Part shown: positions 1 to 13,340 of the stretch, piece by piece | How the letters are laid out: every line of letters starts with the position of its first letter | Numbering within the stretch: position 1 is the stretch's first letter | Origin: Bugula neritina | Lineage: Eukaryota > Animalia > Bryozoa | Direction: 5' to 3' | Assembly: GCA_964035545.1 (NCBI GenBank) | Contig: OZ037767.1 | Coordinates: 15,380,998 to 15,444,997, forward strand | Length of the DNA: 64,000 nt | The notes under the pieces: model-generated | What the model was told of the DNA's origin: nothing | The model's input: the letters and a program-made list of their open reading frames with translations, nothing else | Database searches by the model: none | Program-made: the position numbers and the translations under genes

Positions 1-719
1 TTGTTTTATTATGCTAAAACTTGTTTGATTTCATGCAATTCCAACATTCTGGCCTCTAATGTAAATTTGAACAATTTTTATCATATCAACAAAGCGCTTA
101 TATAATGCAATAACTACATTCTTAGCAAAATGGCAACTTTCGAACGTGAGAAAATGAGTTTATTTGATTTTTAAAAAACTGTAACAATAAACATTTCCTT
201 GATAGCACTTTTGCAATATAGAATATTTAATTTAACTTGCGGTACCTTATATGGACTGCGGTAGATATTGTATGAGTTAAGTTTTTTTTATACTTTAACA
301 ATTTCTAGTCAGAAATTCAATGTTGCAGAGTTAAAATTTCTTCAAGTTGCATTGCATTATGAAAGTCACTCGTAAAAAAACTTAATCGGCCGAGTTCAAA
401 TTAACAATCAAAAGGAGCAATAACTTTTTGTAAACATCATTATTTAGTTCTGACTTGAGCGACTATAGATGACATTCTAATATGTTTATAAATATATTGC
501 CAACGCTTTCCCAATTATCACTTTTATGCTGTCAGCTTTGTTAGTTCAGGACGTTTTCAAAGGAAGTGAAATAGCAACTTTCTTCTATAATATTATAGTA
601 ACATGCTCTGATTACAAGTCTATGATCTAAACTGCGAAATGTTATGGTTACACAGATTGTGAATTTAAGTTGCATGGCAGGAACAAATATATAACAACTT
701 TTAGAATATATGCTTGTCT

Positions 720-1100
720 ATTAATACTGGTCTTATAAAACACCAGTCTTATATTACTGGTCTTATAAAACACCAGTCTTATAATAATTACTGGTCTCAT
801 AAAGCTGGTCCTATTAAACTCCTCCTATAATATAATACCGGTCTTCTTAAAATGAGCTGGTCCCATAATACTGGTCCTATAATATATACTGATCCTACAT
901 TACCAGCTATAGGCCTATAGTAAACTAGTCCTATATTACTTATATAGTCCTACATTACTGGTCCTATATAATACAATAAACTGGGCCTATATAATACTAG
1001 TCCTATAGTGTTGGTGCTACAATACTGCATGGTTTTATAATAAGCTGGTCTCATAGTACTGGTTCTATTAAAATGGCTCCATAACATTGGCCCTATCACC
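720..1100. repeat. Degenerate minisatellite (about 14-15 bp unit, TACTGGTC(T/C)TATAA-like)
   Basis: Many imperfect copies of tactggtcttataa/tactggtcctata; explains the spurious ORF 950-1192. Confidence 0.75.
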
Positions 1101-1232
1101 CACAATATATCTATAAAAATAATTGATTTATATATTATATATAGCTGAATAATTAGTATATCATAGTTTATTATAAATAGAAACAATAACAATTAATTTG
1201 AAGGACAACTGTTTATAAACCAATCACATTAC

Positions 1233-2238
1233 CTGGGAAAGTATTGTAGATACTGTTCCTCCATGTTCCACCACACATTTGACTACTGTTCCCTCCGCAT
1301 GCTCTACGACACTCAGTTTCCCCTACTTCACCATATTTGCTGTATTCAACACCACAGTAACACTGGTCAGTAGATTGTACTCCTGCATATGGCTGCCCTG
1401 AAATTAGTAATTTGCTAATTGATCTTTATAAATATAACAACACGATAAATCACAAAACACAATTTTTTTGTAGTTCAGCTACAATTGGCAGATTCAAGCT
1501 TATATTCCTTTGTCGTGTTAAAATGGAAGAATACTGAAATCGATGAAAATTAAAAATGAACGTTTTCAAAGAATCAACATCATTATCGGGTATAGTAGGT
1601 TCTTACACAATACTTTTGGTATACTGCAGTTATTTTTGAAAACAGTTATAAAAAGATTTACCTTGCATAGTGCAGTAGCCAATACAAAGCTCTACGGTCA
1701 TGAAATGAGTAAAAAATGCTATGGGTAAGGCTCTGTTCCTAGAGTCCTTGTAACAACCAATCAGCTGGTTGAGAGTGTACACCAGATGCCAACACAGCCA
1801 GAGTTGCAGAAGCACTTAAATTATACAACTAAATTAGTCAATGTTTTGTAAAAAAAAGTTTGAACTAACAGACGCAAGTATTTAAAAAAAAATATAATTT
1901 AGAATTAAAAGTTTTGAATAGATAAAATTAAAGCAAAATATAAAAACATAAAATATTCACATTGTAAGTTAAAACATATTTAAAAAAAATAAAATTTAGA
2001 ATAAAAAGCTTTTGAATGAATAAAATTAAAGCAAAATATAAAAACATAAAATATTCACATTGTTAGTTAAAACATAACTTTTTAGTTTAGATATAAAAAG
2101 CAGATATAATAAACTACATTGCAATAATTGACAATTTGAATTTTTTTAAGCTAATGAACATGTTTTTCATATTTCAAATCTTACGAAGCTAACTGAAGCA
2201 AAGCATATCTTACCAAGCCTTAGCTGGCAATATTTCAT
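1233..2238 (-). CDS. WSC-domain secreted protein, paralog A (3' part not identified in window)
   Basis: Exons 2238-2214 (MKYCQLRL), 1814-1662 (hydrophobic leader, IGCYKDSRNRALP...VELCIGYC) and 1397-1233 (GQPYAGVQSTDQCYCG...CGGTWRNSIY), with GT-AG phase-1 introns. The WSC Cys pattern and exon split match the other paralogs. Confidence 0.8.
1881..2077. repeat. About 99-bp tandem duplication in intron of paralog A
   Basis: Two near-identical copies of tttaaaaaaaa...taaaattaaagcaaaatataaaaacataaaatattcacattgt.agttaaaacata. Confidence 0.8.
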
Positions 2239-3896
2239 TATTACTATGTCTAGCCAATTCAACTTTTAATCATGCAGTAAATTGGCTTTGAGTTTGTAAT
2301 AACTTTTATTTCTAGATTAGAGATTTATTTTGGAATGCAAAATACTTTAATTAGTTTGCACATATGTAAGATACACAACTTGGTTTGCCTGTGAAATTGT
2401 AACACTACTCCAACCTCATCCTAAAAGACCTAGACTATATATTTATTTTATGAATCTATTTTCAAATATAAGGATACAGCTTGTTTGAAAAAATAGGTCA
2501 TATTGTTAATGAATCGCGAAGTAAACGGGAAAATCTAATTGATTACAAATCGCAAACATCCCACATCCAATATATACTGCACAATTTAAGCCGCACAATT
2601 ATAAATTGTATAATTAGTTTTAATTTTACTTTAGGTAATATTTTAAACAATTTTTTGTAGCAAAATAATTTCTTATAGACATTTTCTTAAATTAATTTTT
2701 GTCGACATGTGTTATAATGAATGATATATTTTGATGTTTTCAATAACATGTTACTTTATGTAACATTTCAACTACTCGTATAAGCTGTCTCGTATATGCT
2801 AGTATTTGTTGGATTAGATCTGTCTATAATTTAGAATGAATCGGGATAAATTGTGCTACATTAGATATGCTGCTTTGAGATGGAGTTTCTATATTTTAGC
2901 TATAGGTGGTGCTTATAAGCAAAACATATTATTATGATTATCAATATAAATATTAATATAATGGTGTTATAACCTTGACATATAAAATAATATAAATATT
3001 GATTGTTTACATTATTTTAGGTTAATGCTGAAACAAATATTACATAAAGATATTATTTTTATATTTGTTTTTCATTACTTGGTATATCTATTATGACAAG
3101 ATGCATTGAAATTATTCGCACACTCTCAGTTACACAACAACTTTATCATAACAGCAGGAGAATCACAATGAAACATGATACCAACCTTTTTTTCATCTAT
3201 TAGCATGAAATATTTGACAAAGTTAAACATTATCAGACATTCAAATGTTTACTGTCACTATTAGCATGAATATAGATTTTTCATACTTTTTATGACACTA
3301 TAATAGCATGAATTATCTTTGTATTATGTTTATTTATTATAAATAATACATATACTTTACCAGTTTTCTATATTCGACAATCTTGCTCTTATAACACACT
3401 TTATGTTACTTGGTAATTGCAAAGTAAATATTATAAGTATATCTCTTAAGTTGCCGGCACTTTAAACTGTAAGAACAAAATTTTCAACATGGGAATAATA
3501 AGGAAAAATCTATAAATGAAAATTTTTGTTGTATGACGGCATTGTTATAGACTCTTTCAATAAGTTCACTTCGTAGATGCTACAACAGTAAGTTACTAAC
3601 AAACTTTATTAATTTTATAGTGAAATATCATTTTCTTAAATTACATAATTCAGCGGTTTTACTTTTTATGTGATATATAGCTGATTAAAGCACTATATAG
3701 AGCTGAGAAGCTCTGAACTTTAGTGAAATTTCTATTTCATTATCAGAAGTGGTTGGTGCGTGTATATTAGTAAATGACTGTACTGTATTCTATGTGTGCA
3801 TATAACTCTTGAAAAGACTCTAAAATTAAATAAATATATTATATTTGGTACTGATACAATTTTGGATATAAAAGTAAACTTAGATCTTCATTTTAT

Positions 3897-3943
3897 CGAC
3901 TACATTATTGTTTCACGTAGTGCAAGCTACGATCATCAGGTCG
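3897..3943 (-). ncRNA. Type I hammerhead ribozyme motif (inverted copy)
   Basis: Minus strand reads CGAC-CTGATGA-t-CGTAG cttgca CTACG-t-GAAA-CAATAATG-TA^GTCG, with a 5-bp stem II. Confidence 0.72.
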
Positions 3944-3996
3944 TTGTGTGTACGGTTGAGTGCTTTTGTTTTGAAATTACTCAACCGTACACACAA

Positions 3997-4043
3997 CGAC
4001 CTGATGATAGTAGCTTGCACTACGTGAAACAATATTGTAGTCG
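3997..4043 (+). ncRNA. Type I hammerhead ribozyme motif
   Basis: CGAC-CTGATGA-ta-GTAG cttgca CTAC-gt-GAAA-CAATATTG-TA^GTCG: stem I CGAC/GTCG, core CUGAUGA and GAAA, palindromic helix III ACAATATTGT, GUA cleavage triplet (after 4039). Confidence 0.75.
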
Positions 4044-4156
4044 ATAGAATGAAGATCTAAGTTTATTTTTATATCCAAAATTGTATCAGTACCAAATATA
4101 AACACTTTATTTTTCGATATAATAAGTTCTTTTGATTCATTTTTAATTATAGAAAC

Positions 4157-4331
<175 letters not shown>

Positions 4332-4370
4332 TGATAAAGTAAACAAAGAACTTGTTATATCAGAGTAGAG

Positions 4371-6943
4371 ATGAAGAATATTCTAGAAGTATACGCTCTG
4401 ATTCTTCTGATACAAGTGACTACTTCAGAATACATGGGATGTTATGAAGATAAAGGAGAGAGAGCATTGCCTTTAGTTGCGGAAATTACTAACATGGCAA
4501 TAGACTTTTGTATAGGCTACTGCATCTATAGGGGTAAAGAGAATAAACCTGTTTTTATATTTAGTATATTATACCGCAATTATATAAACTTAATTAGATG
4601 TGTGATGTATGAAAATTGTGATTCTTTTACACCAATCATGTGACTAATATTACCTTTTTCTCAAACATAATAAGCATATAATAATATTATATTATATTCT
4701 TAAACAGCAATTATATCTTTACTATGTTGTTCTCATCCAGCTATATAATACTTATGGCATTTTGATATTTAATTATTCTTGTACAGCAACTATATAAACA
4801 TTATATAATTCTTGTATTATAGTAATTATAAAAATGTTTCATTATTATTGTATATTAGATATATAAAGATTATATCATTATTCTATTGTAATTATATAAA
4901 TGCTATCTGCTTATTTTAGGCCAGATGTATGCTGGTTTGCAGGATGGCAGACAATGCTTCTGTGGTACAACCTTTGACCTCTATGGAGCTCTAGACGAAT
5001 CAAGTTGTAGCAGTAGTTGCACGGGAAATGCGAGTCAGATATGTGGGGGAAGTTGGGCAAACAGTGTATACAGAGCACTGTCAGGTAAGATGAGAAAAAT
5101 GAGATGAGATGAGATAAAATGAGAAAAGTTTTTTAGGTAATACATGAAATTGGAGTTTTTTAATCTTCACGATACTTATCAAATTTTATTTAACCAAATA
5201 TTTACTTTTACAGACGATTGTTATTCTAAAAAATTGGCTGATAGCGAAATAGCTTTTAAAGGAATATTAAAATAATTAAACTCAATTAAGAAAGTTTGAA
5301 TGATTTGACCTTAATACTTCTGACAAAAAGTATTAATACCATGATTTTTTAATTATTAACAACTAATAATTTGTTTAATCTATAGCTACATTGTTTAGTT
5401 TATTTCTACACTCTTGTAAGTAACAGTATGGTATAGTACAGTATATAACATGTTTTTTGTTAACTCGGGTAAAAGTTTTGTAACTTTATGATAAACTATA
5501 ATAACTTTGCTCTTTTTGATATGCTAAATAAATGTACATATCTTTATTATGTTCAAGCTTGCTAACCTAAATAACTATGTATGTTTTAAGATATATGTAA
5601 TACATATTTATTTATTTAGTAATATTTACTTCTGTGTTTTTATGAGTTTCTAGAATCATACTTTTATTGTTACATTATTTATTATTATGCTATTTTTAGA
5701 AAATGTCAAAACACGAAAAAACAAACCCGCAAACTTAGTCCAAGTCAGAAATATTGAAGTTAGAGAAATAAGTGATGACATCATATCCTTTATTGAACAT
5801 CCGACTGATTCTACTAAAATAATAGCAGCTACATCAAAACAACTTGTAGAGATCAATCACCATGGAGACTGTATAGCAGTAGCTGGTGTGCAGCTACAAG
5901 GTTGTGCCTATCAATCGAATGAATTTTCTTTTTCCTCAATCGGTCATTTTATTTATGCCCATTTCATCAAACTGAAAGTCTCTCACAGTCTTTTCAACAA
6001 ATCAGCCATTTTGGTTGCTGATGCAGGTAATCACTGCGTAAAGTTTCTCATTCTAAAAGACTTATCTTCTTTTGTGTTTGACAATTCAATAAATGACTAC
6101 CATGTTGGTAAGTGTGGATCTTTTAAAAAAGAACTTTTGACTGAAAATCTTCAAAATTTAATTGATCCTAAAGAAATGGAGCTGAACAGCCCAAAACATC
6201 TTTCTCTGTACCATGACTCTGAGACTATCAGACTGGTTGTTAACTGTGTACTGACTGAAGTATACTCTGTTATTGTTAGTATCTATCCAACTCACACTGT
6301 AGCATATGAGTACAGTGGACACCCTGGGTGTGTAACTGATGTTTCTGAAAATCTCTATTGGCCATTATTTCGATCAAAAGGATTGAAAAGTCTTTCAGCT
6401 GATAACAGCACATCAATAAACCAAATCCTTGTCATTAATGGGAGTTACTCAACTACTGCAAATTATCATTGTAATTCCAGAAACAGTTCTGCTATTCTTA
6501 GACTGTTTCAAAGTTGGCCTTTAGTAATTGCAAATGGTGAATTGAAATCTCTGGTTTATAATTCGACAAGCAGTGAAATCAAACTAACTAATATAAATAT
6601 TGCTAATCTTTCTACAAAAACACCCCCTGAATTTAGCCAGTTTACTACAACAAAGGAATCCAATCATATTATTCTCTACAGTCAAAGCCTAAAGAGATTT
6701 TATTATGCAAAAGCATTTTCTCGCTATCGGAAAATTCTGGAAAGGTTCTGTAGTAATTATGTTATAGAAAAAGCAATTGTGGGTGGACCTGAAAGTTGTG
6801 CTTACATCTGCAGTAAATATGGTAGTCAGTGTGTTGCTTTTTCTGTTAATGATTATGATAATTCTTGCTACATTCATGACCACTTTGACTTGGCCGATGC
6901 CTACATATCTAATGACTCAGCTTGTTATTTATCTATACCATAA
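4371..6943 (+). CDS. Secreted WSC + NHL-like propeller + PAN/apple protein, paralog B (intact)
   Basis: Exons 4371-4533 (signal peptide, YMGCYED...FCIGYC), 4920-5084 (YAGLQDGRQCFCG...CGGSWANSVY) and 5700-6943 (NHL-like ILVADAGNHCVKF and LNSPKHLSL; PAN-type ESCAYIC...CVAFSVN...CYIH). GT-AG phase-1 junctions keep frame. Confidence 0.88.
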
Positions 6944-7599
6944 CTATAACGTATAATTGTATAGTTGCACACCACTTTCTGATGACAACATTAGTGATGC
7001 TTTATTCTAACTTATGTTAATTTTTATTAATCATAATTATATTATTTTTATTCAATTAAATAGTTTCTGCATGGAAATGATCTGGAAATGATACACAGTG
7101 GCTTTTGAAAATTATATGTCTATATATATGTCTATATATATGTGCGTGTGTGTGTGTGTGTATAAATGAAGTATTATATCAACAGATTTTGTATTTATTA
7201 CAGACGGTAGATTTCTATATTATATTTGTGTATCAACAATTCAATAAAATACAAATCAATGATATTATTTATTTGAAACTTATTTGGGAATTTAATATTA
7301 AATATTAGTAGGTTGTGTAATTACTGATTTATAAATAATATTTATAATAGATGGTTTTATTATTATTTTCAGCTGAAGAAGTATAAAATAACATAATATG
7401 TATTATTTTAGTCAAATTTATTTGACTCACAAGGAAATGCAGCACAATTATTTGTGAATTAGGAACTTCTAGTTTATTAAAGATTGAGTAATAGCCAATT
7501 CAGCATATCCTAACTATGTATACTTATATAGAGAGAAAGTTAAACAGAGATGTTTATCAATTTGTATTGATACTTGCAAGAATATATTTACAGTACAAT

Positions 7600-7862
7600 A
7601 TATAGAGTTATAGATATAAAATAATTATAGATATAGAATAGTTCTAAATATAGAATAGTTATAGATATAAACAGGTTATAGGTGTAGAAGAGTTATAGAT
7701 ATAGAATAGTTATAGATATAAAATAGTTATAGATTTAGAATAGTTATAAGTATAGTATAGTTATAAGTATAGATTAGTTATAAACATAGAATTATAGTAA
7801 TAGATGTAGAATAGTTATAATTATAGAATAGTTATAAATGTAGAATAGTTATATTATATATA
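7600..7862. repeat. 17-bp minisatellite (ATATAGAATAGTTATAG)
   Basis: Tandem imperfect copies; a shorter array lies at the paralogous position 51345-51482. Confidence 0.85.
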
Positions 7863-10639
7863 GAAGTGCTGCAGTCAATAATTTAAACAACTTTACAAAC
7901 ACATCATTATATATTATACACATCCACCAGATATATTTAATAATTTATGATGCAAATGGTCAAACATGCAATCAATATTGCTAATATTTGCTTATAAATA
8001 CATTAATACTAATATTGTTTACATGAGAGCATTTGTTGAAAAGAATGGTAATAACAGTTATAAAAGACAATTAAAATTTTTTACTGGGTTATGTAATATA
8101 CTTTGTTTATCTGTTGCTTTTAATTACCAAATATCTAAAATAATATTTTAATGAACACAAAGTTATTCACTGTTTTACAAATTTGGTTTCTTATGATTAA
8201 TAGGTTTTTCCACTCTTTTTAAATCTGTAAAACAAAAATTTTTAGATTTAATAACTAAATATTGAACAGTGTCTGTTTATTTTTTTAAAAATAGACAGTG
8301 TTTATTTTAATCCTTCTTAAGAAACTTAATTAGGTAAAAAGTAAATTATTAAAAATTGAAAAATAATTGCCAAATCCAAGATACATCAATTCAATATTAC
8401 ATTTAAATTTATAAGACAAATGACTTTTTGTTTTTGATAATAGATTTTTGTGTTTCATTATACATGCTCTTTTGTAAAAAATGTTCTTATAGTTATTAAT
8501 ATATTTTAAGAAATGATTACAGTTTCAAAAGTGGTCAAATTACTGCAGCTGTTTGGCTTCAGTGAAACGACTCTTGTTGCTTAAAGCTAATGGGCTTTGA
8601 AATTATGTTTGTTATAGAAGGAATAATGACATAAATATCTAAAGGAGCTTATAGACTAAGACTTAGTGCCTTGTAATTAAATATTATTTTACAGATATCC
8701 TATAAACACTGACATATAACTCACAACAAAAAAGGTATTCTTTCATGTTTGAATATTCGAACTGAAATTATTGATTAATTTTTAATTTTTAATATATAAA
8801 CAAAACATGGAGGTTTACTATACATTTAAAAACTTCAAGCTACAAAGCAACACTAAGTACAACAATTTCAGACCAGCTATAGAGATCAAATCTTGAAGAA
8901 TAAAATCCAATCTTGTCAAGATACTGAAGTCAGGTATTATGAGAATTAAATATATACCTACATTTAACTTTCTATGTTTCACCTTTTACATGCAGTTTAT
9001 GCTTTATGATTTATAAATTTTATTAGATATTCCACATTTTACACTCTGTATTTTATGATCTGATTTTCATACTGCATATTTTGTATTTTATGCTCTACGT
9101 TTCACCTTCCAGGTGTGACATTCTACATTTTAAGTTCTACATTTCGTATTCTAAATACCGTATCATATTAGAGGTAATGTCTTATATATTTTAGTAAAAT
9201 GATCATAATATCACAGCCTTGCACTTAGAGTATAGATTTTATAAGAATATAACATTTTATAAAATTAGTTGAGTGATAAAGTTTGAAAATGTACAATATA
9301 GCATGAAGTTATTAATTATTCTAGTATTGATGAGCCATGAGTTTATTTTACAAGTTGTTTTTATTATGAGCTGATACATTTTTTATAAGCTGTAAAAGTG
9401 TTAGGAATGTTAGAATAACAAAAAAATAGTTTTTCTCTGTAAATTATTAAAACGAGATCTTGAAATTATTAATTTAAAGTTTTTTAGGAGTTTATTCAAA
9501 CTTAATATATAGTTTTAGAAAATAGGTTTAATAGTTATCATCATGTTTAACTTGGAAACCAAAAAAACTTTTATTTAATAATACATTTCAAAATGTTGAG
9601 ATATTATTCTTTACTAAAATGCCTATACTGTATAAGGTAATAACATTTTGCAAATTGTCATTAGCAGATAACAAATGAAACACCAATACGTTCTTATTTA
9701 CAGTATAATGGTTTCATCCCAGCTTGATATAGACGCAATTTTTTATTTTGGTACCATATAGTTATATAGTAATATATTATAGCTATAATATATATACCTA
9801 TATAACTGTTGTATTGATTGCTAAATAGCTAAAATACTAATAGCCATATTACAATAGGTAACATGAATTATCTGAAATAATATTCTAATTTTCACAGATT
9901 TGTGTGGGACAGAAAGTAGTATAATAGACATTAATAATAGACATTACCTTTAATTATTGACTATACTCATTAACGAAATATCTGTTCAAACAAGGAGCAA
10001 AATATATTCAAAATTGATGTTAATGCAAATCAAAGAAATTAATAATGTACTAAATATGTGCTTCATTTAAATATACATATATATTTCAATAATATTAAAA
10101 TAAATTGCACATAAAATATATATTATACCAAAATAAATAATTAGCGTCTAACTGAGAAGCGTCTATCTAGGATAACACCAAAACAAACTGTTTTTATTAC
10201 TACCAGCTGTCTAGAAGATGCATCAATATCTGATGTGTATAGCACTGGTTCCTATAGTTTATGGTTCAGTGTACATGGGTTGTTACAAGGACACCTCAAC
10301 CAGAGCTCTACCATTGAGGTATGATTCCAATGACATGACAGTCGACCTTTGTATTGGCTACTGTATTTACAGAGGCAAGTATTTCATTCACTTGCTAAGT
10401 TGATTTTTTACAATATAGTGAAATTGAAACCTATGAAGCAGAGCTAATAAATTAGCAATCATTTCAGGAGTAACTCACAATATCTTGAAACTCCAAAGGA
10501 GTTGCAATTATCCTGACATGAGGTTGCTACATACTTATACTTGAAAAAATTGTGCTTGCTTTACAGTATTATAGACATTTTACCTGAGCTACAAGTATTT
10601 AAATAGTGCCATGCAGTTGGTATCTATAGCACAGTGAGG

Positions 10640-10837
10640 CACAGTGGTATAGGGGTCAGAGTGTTTGCCTACAAGTAAACACAAAGTAATGAGTTTGAGC
10701 CCCATTATAAGCCAGTAGTGATGTTAAGAAGAGCATCCAGTCATAATTGCTCCTGTGCCTCATCTGAATAAGTCTTAAGCCAGCTTTAACAAAAACCCCT
10801 TCTATCAGAGATCTTCTCATAGGTATGGTGACTATAA
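10640..10837 (+). mobile_element. tRNA-derived SINE (V-SINE-like core), degenerate
   Basis: A-box-like TGGTATAGGGG, degenerate B box and GTGATGTTAAGAAGAGCATCCAGTCATAA core; related copies at 34618-34811 (-) and 54265-54466 (+). Confidence 0.65.
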
Positions 10838-12050
10838 ACTTGTGTGAGTTGGTATATAGTAGCATGTGTGCGTACATAATATATCCAAGAAATTTTGCAT
10901 GTCGCAATATATATTAAATCTCCACATAACTTTAAAATCTATAGCTAACTAGTTGTTTCATTGGCTATAACTATCATATTACAGTAAATTATTTAAAGTG
11001 AATTGATTATATCAAATTAATATGTTAGCAAGCATAAAATCAACTAATAATAATAATCGCCTTAGTTGTAAACTGATTCAACAAATGTAAATAAATCAAT
11101 AAAGAAACATTAGGTATACAAGCAATTAGCTGCTCGTAATATTTGTTCAGTAAGTGTAAATATTATACATGTTCAGAAACTGCTTGCTTAAGTTTACCTA
11201 ATTAATAGCAAGTATAAACATTTTGTTATTTATATAAATGCTATGATATTAAGTTTATCAGAGAATAATTCAATTACGCAATTATTTGACTGCCAGTCCT
11301 AAAAAATTTATGAATATTAAACTTAATTTAAGAATACTCAAATAATAGTTTATTTATCAAAGTTTTATTTACATTAACTAGAAAGCACAGCTCTCTATTA
11401 CTATATAGCCATGTTATATATTTGCTAAAACTTTGGAAAAAAGTAACTATGTTATAATGGCAAAATTGCTACTTATATATTTTCTAGTACATATAATATA
11501 TGCTCATTAAACCATAATTTTTATTCAAATAAAATGTTGACATGAATATTAATCAACCCTGCTGGTATTTCAAGGTCACCCCTACGCTGGTTTGCAGACG
11601 GATGATACTTGTTTCTGTGGAAGTCAGTACGACAAGTATGGAATCGGAGAAGAAACGAGCTGCAGAGACCCTTGCAAAGGAAATACTAGTCAGATATGTG
11701 GTGGAGGCTGGAGAAACAGTGTCTATAAAATAACTGGAAAAGGTGCGTAAAAAATGAACTCAAAATTAAAATTGAACAATTACATTTTAATGCAAATAAG
11801 AAAAATAAAAATATTGTTGATGCTTATTAACTATTATTTTAAAGCCTAAAAATTTGTATATTTGCACCTTTTTTTTAGGATTTTAATCGTAAAATATGCT
11901 CACATTTAAAGTCACTTCAACCATGTATCAAACAGCTGAATTTTGTTTAAATATATACTGTAGAAAAGAATGAATCCAGCCAAAGTGTACCAAAACCCAT
12001 TCGCTATGTCGGCAAAATTGAAGTTGGAAAACTAACTGATGACATCATAT

Positions 12051-12355
12051 TGTGGTGGTTCGTGGAACTACCAGCAGCACAACATGTAGGGTCGCGTAAT
12101 TGACCCGGAACAATGGATAGCCAATTAGCGTATTTGATAGTTAGCAGCAATTATAGTTTCCCGCTGCTAACTCAGTCGAAGTTAGAGTGCTGAATAGATT
12201 AGATGTGTAAATTGTCAGATGTATTGTATCGTTTTATAATGTATTATTGTGTGTAAAATATATACTCGTTCACTCGACTTATTCTGGTGCAGTTCTATAG
12301 CAAGTAATTAGACTCTCTGGATAGCATATCAACCCTAAATCTGAAAAACATAATA
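12051..12355 (+). repeat. 5' LTR of Ty3/gypsy element
   Basis: Starts TGT and matches 19248-19552; the terminal CA reads TA. Confidence 0.95.
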
Positions 12356-12356
12356 G

Positions 12357-12374
12357 TGGTGGCAGCGGTGGGAT
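12357..12374 (+). promoter_or_regulatory. Primer binding site, tRNA-Leu
   Basis: TGGTGGCAGCGGTGGGAT is the reverse complement of ATCCCACCGCTGCCACCA, the 3' end of eukaryotic tRNA-Leu(AAG/TAG). Confidence 0.85.
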
Positions 12375-12386
12375 AGTGCATCCAAG

Positions 12387-13340
12387 ATGGAGACTGAAAA
12401 TGCTGGAACTCAACCACCGGCAATAGAAGGTGAGCGTAGAGACAATGCTGTAGAGACAATGCCTGTTAACCATGTAGTAGAAGAGCGAAGGGTTCCGCGA
12501 GAACTAACTGAGGACCGCTACCGGTTAAAGGCGCCCACCTTCACGGGTGAAGAGGAGGTGGAACAATTTATCCAAGAGTTTAGCGACGTAATGGACATCG
12601 CCCAGTGGCCCCCTAGGGTGGCCTTGCTGAAGCTTAGAATGGCATTGATGGACAAAGCCAAGCCTTATGGGCTGGGCGTAGACATTGATAATATCTTTGC
12701 TTCTCTGCGGGCCCGCTTCGGCCTCTCTGCTACAGATGCCAGGGCCCGATTGCAGAGGTTGCGGCGTGATCCCCGCACCCCACTGCGGGAGCACGCCGCC
12801 GCGGTCATGAAGCTGGCACAGATCGCGTACAGCGACTTGCCCCCAGTCAACCGCGAGAGGTATACCCTCGACGCTTTCATAGCATCTGTCGACGATCTGG
12901 GTCTCCACCACCAGTTTCTAGCTAGGGGAGTCACCACCGTTGAAGATGCTTTGACTGAGGGGGAAGCTTACCTCCTAGCTAATCAAATGCATAAAAGTCG
13001 CGGGAGCTCCCGTCAAGTGGAGATAGACCGCGCGGACACGGCCGCGGGAGAAGGGGAGGAAACCCCCGCCGCGGCTGCCGTGTCCCAGTTGGCGACGGCA
13101 TCGAAAGTCACTCAACTGACAGACATGCTGGCCAAACTGATAGCAACACTGACACCCCAAACCCCAGTGAGTACCGCCACTGAGCCCTTGCGGCCACCGG
13201 CGCCGCCACAGGGAGAAACAGTCAGTTTCTGCTGGGAGTGCGGAAATCAAGGACATTTCCGCTGGTACTGTCCCTTCCTAAATCAGGGGTTAAACTACCG
13301 CGGCCCGCAGATGTTCCCACCTCCTGCGGGCCGACGATGA
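12387..13340 (+). CDS. gag: Gag (capsid + CCHC zinc knuckle)
   Basis: 317-aa ORF directly after the PBS; PTFTGEEEVEQFI capsid-like motif and CWECGNQGHFRWYC knuckle. Confidence 0.92.
   Translation: METENAGTQPPAIEGERRDNAVETMPVNHVVEERRVPRELTEDRYRLKAPTFTGEEEVEQFIQEFSDVMDIAQWPPRVALLKLRMALMDKAKPYGLGVDIDNIFASLRARFGLSATDARARLQRLRRDPRTPLREHAAAVMKLAQIAYSDLPPVNRERYTLDAFIASVDDLGLHHQFLARGVTTVEDALTEGEAYLLANQMHKSRGSSRQVEIDRADTAAGEGEETPAAAAVSQLATASKVTQLTDMLAKLIATLTPQTPVSTATEPLRPPAPPQGETVSFCWECGNQGHFRWYCPFLNQGLNYRGPQMFPPPAGRR

Noticed and set aside
10656-10907. ORF conserved with 54276-54530
   Set aside because: Antisense translation of a SINE copied by the segmental duplication.
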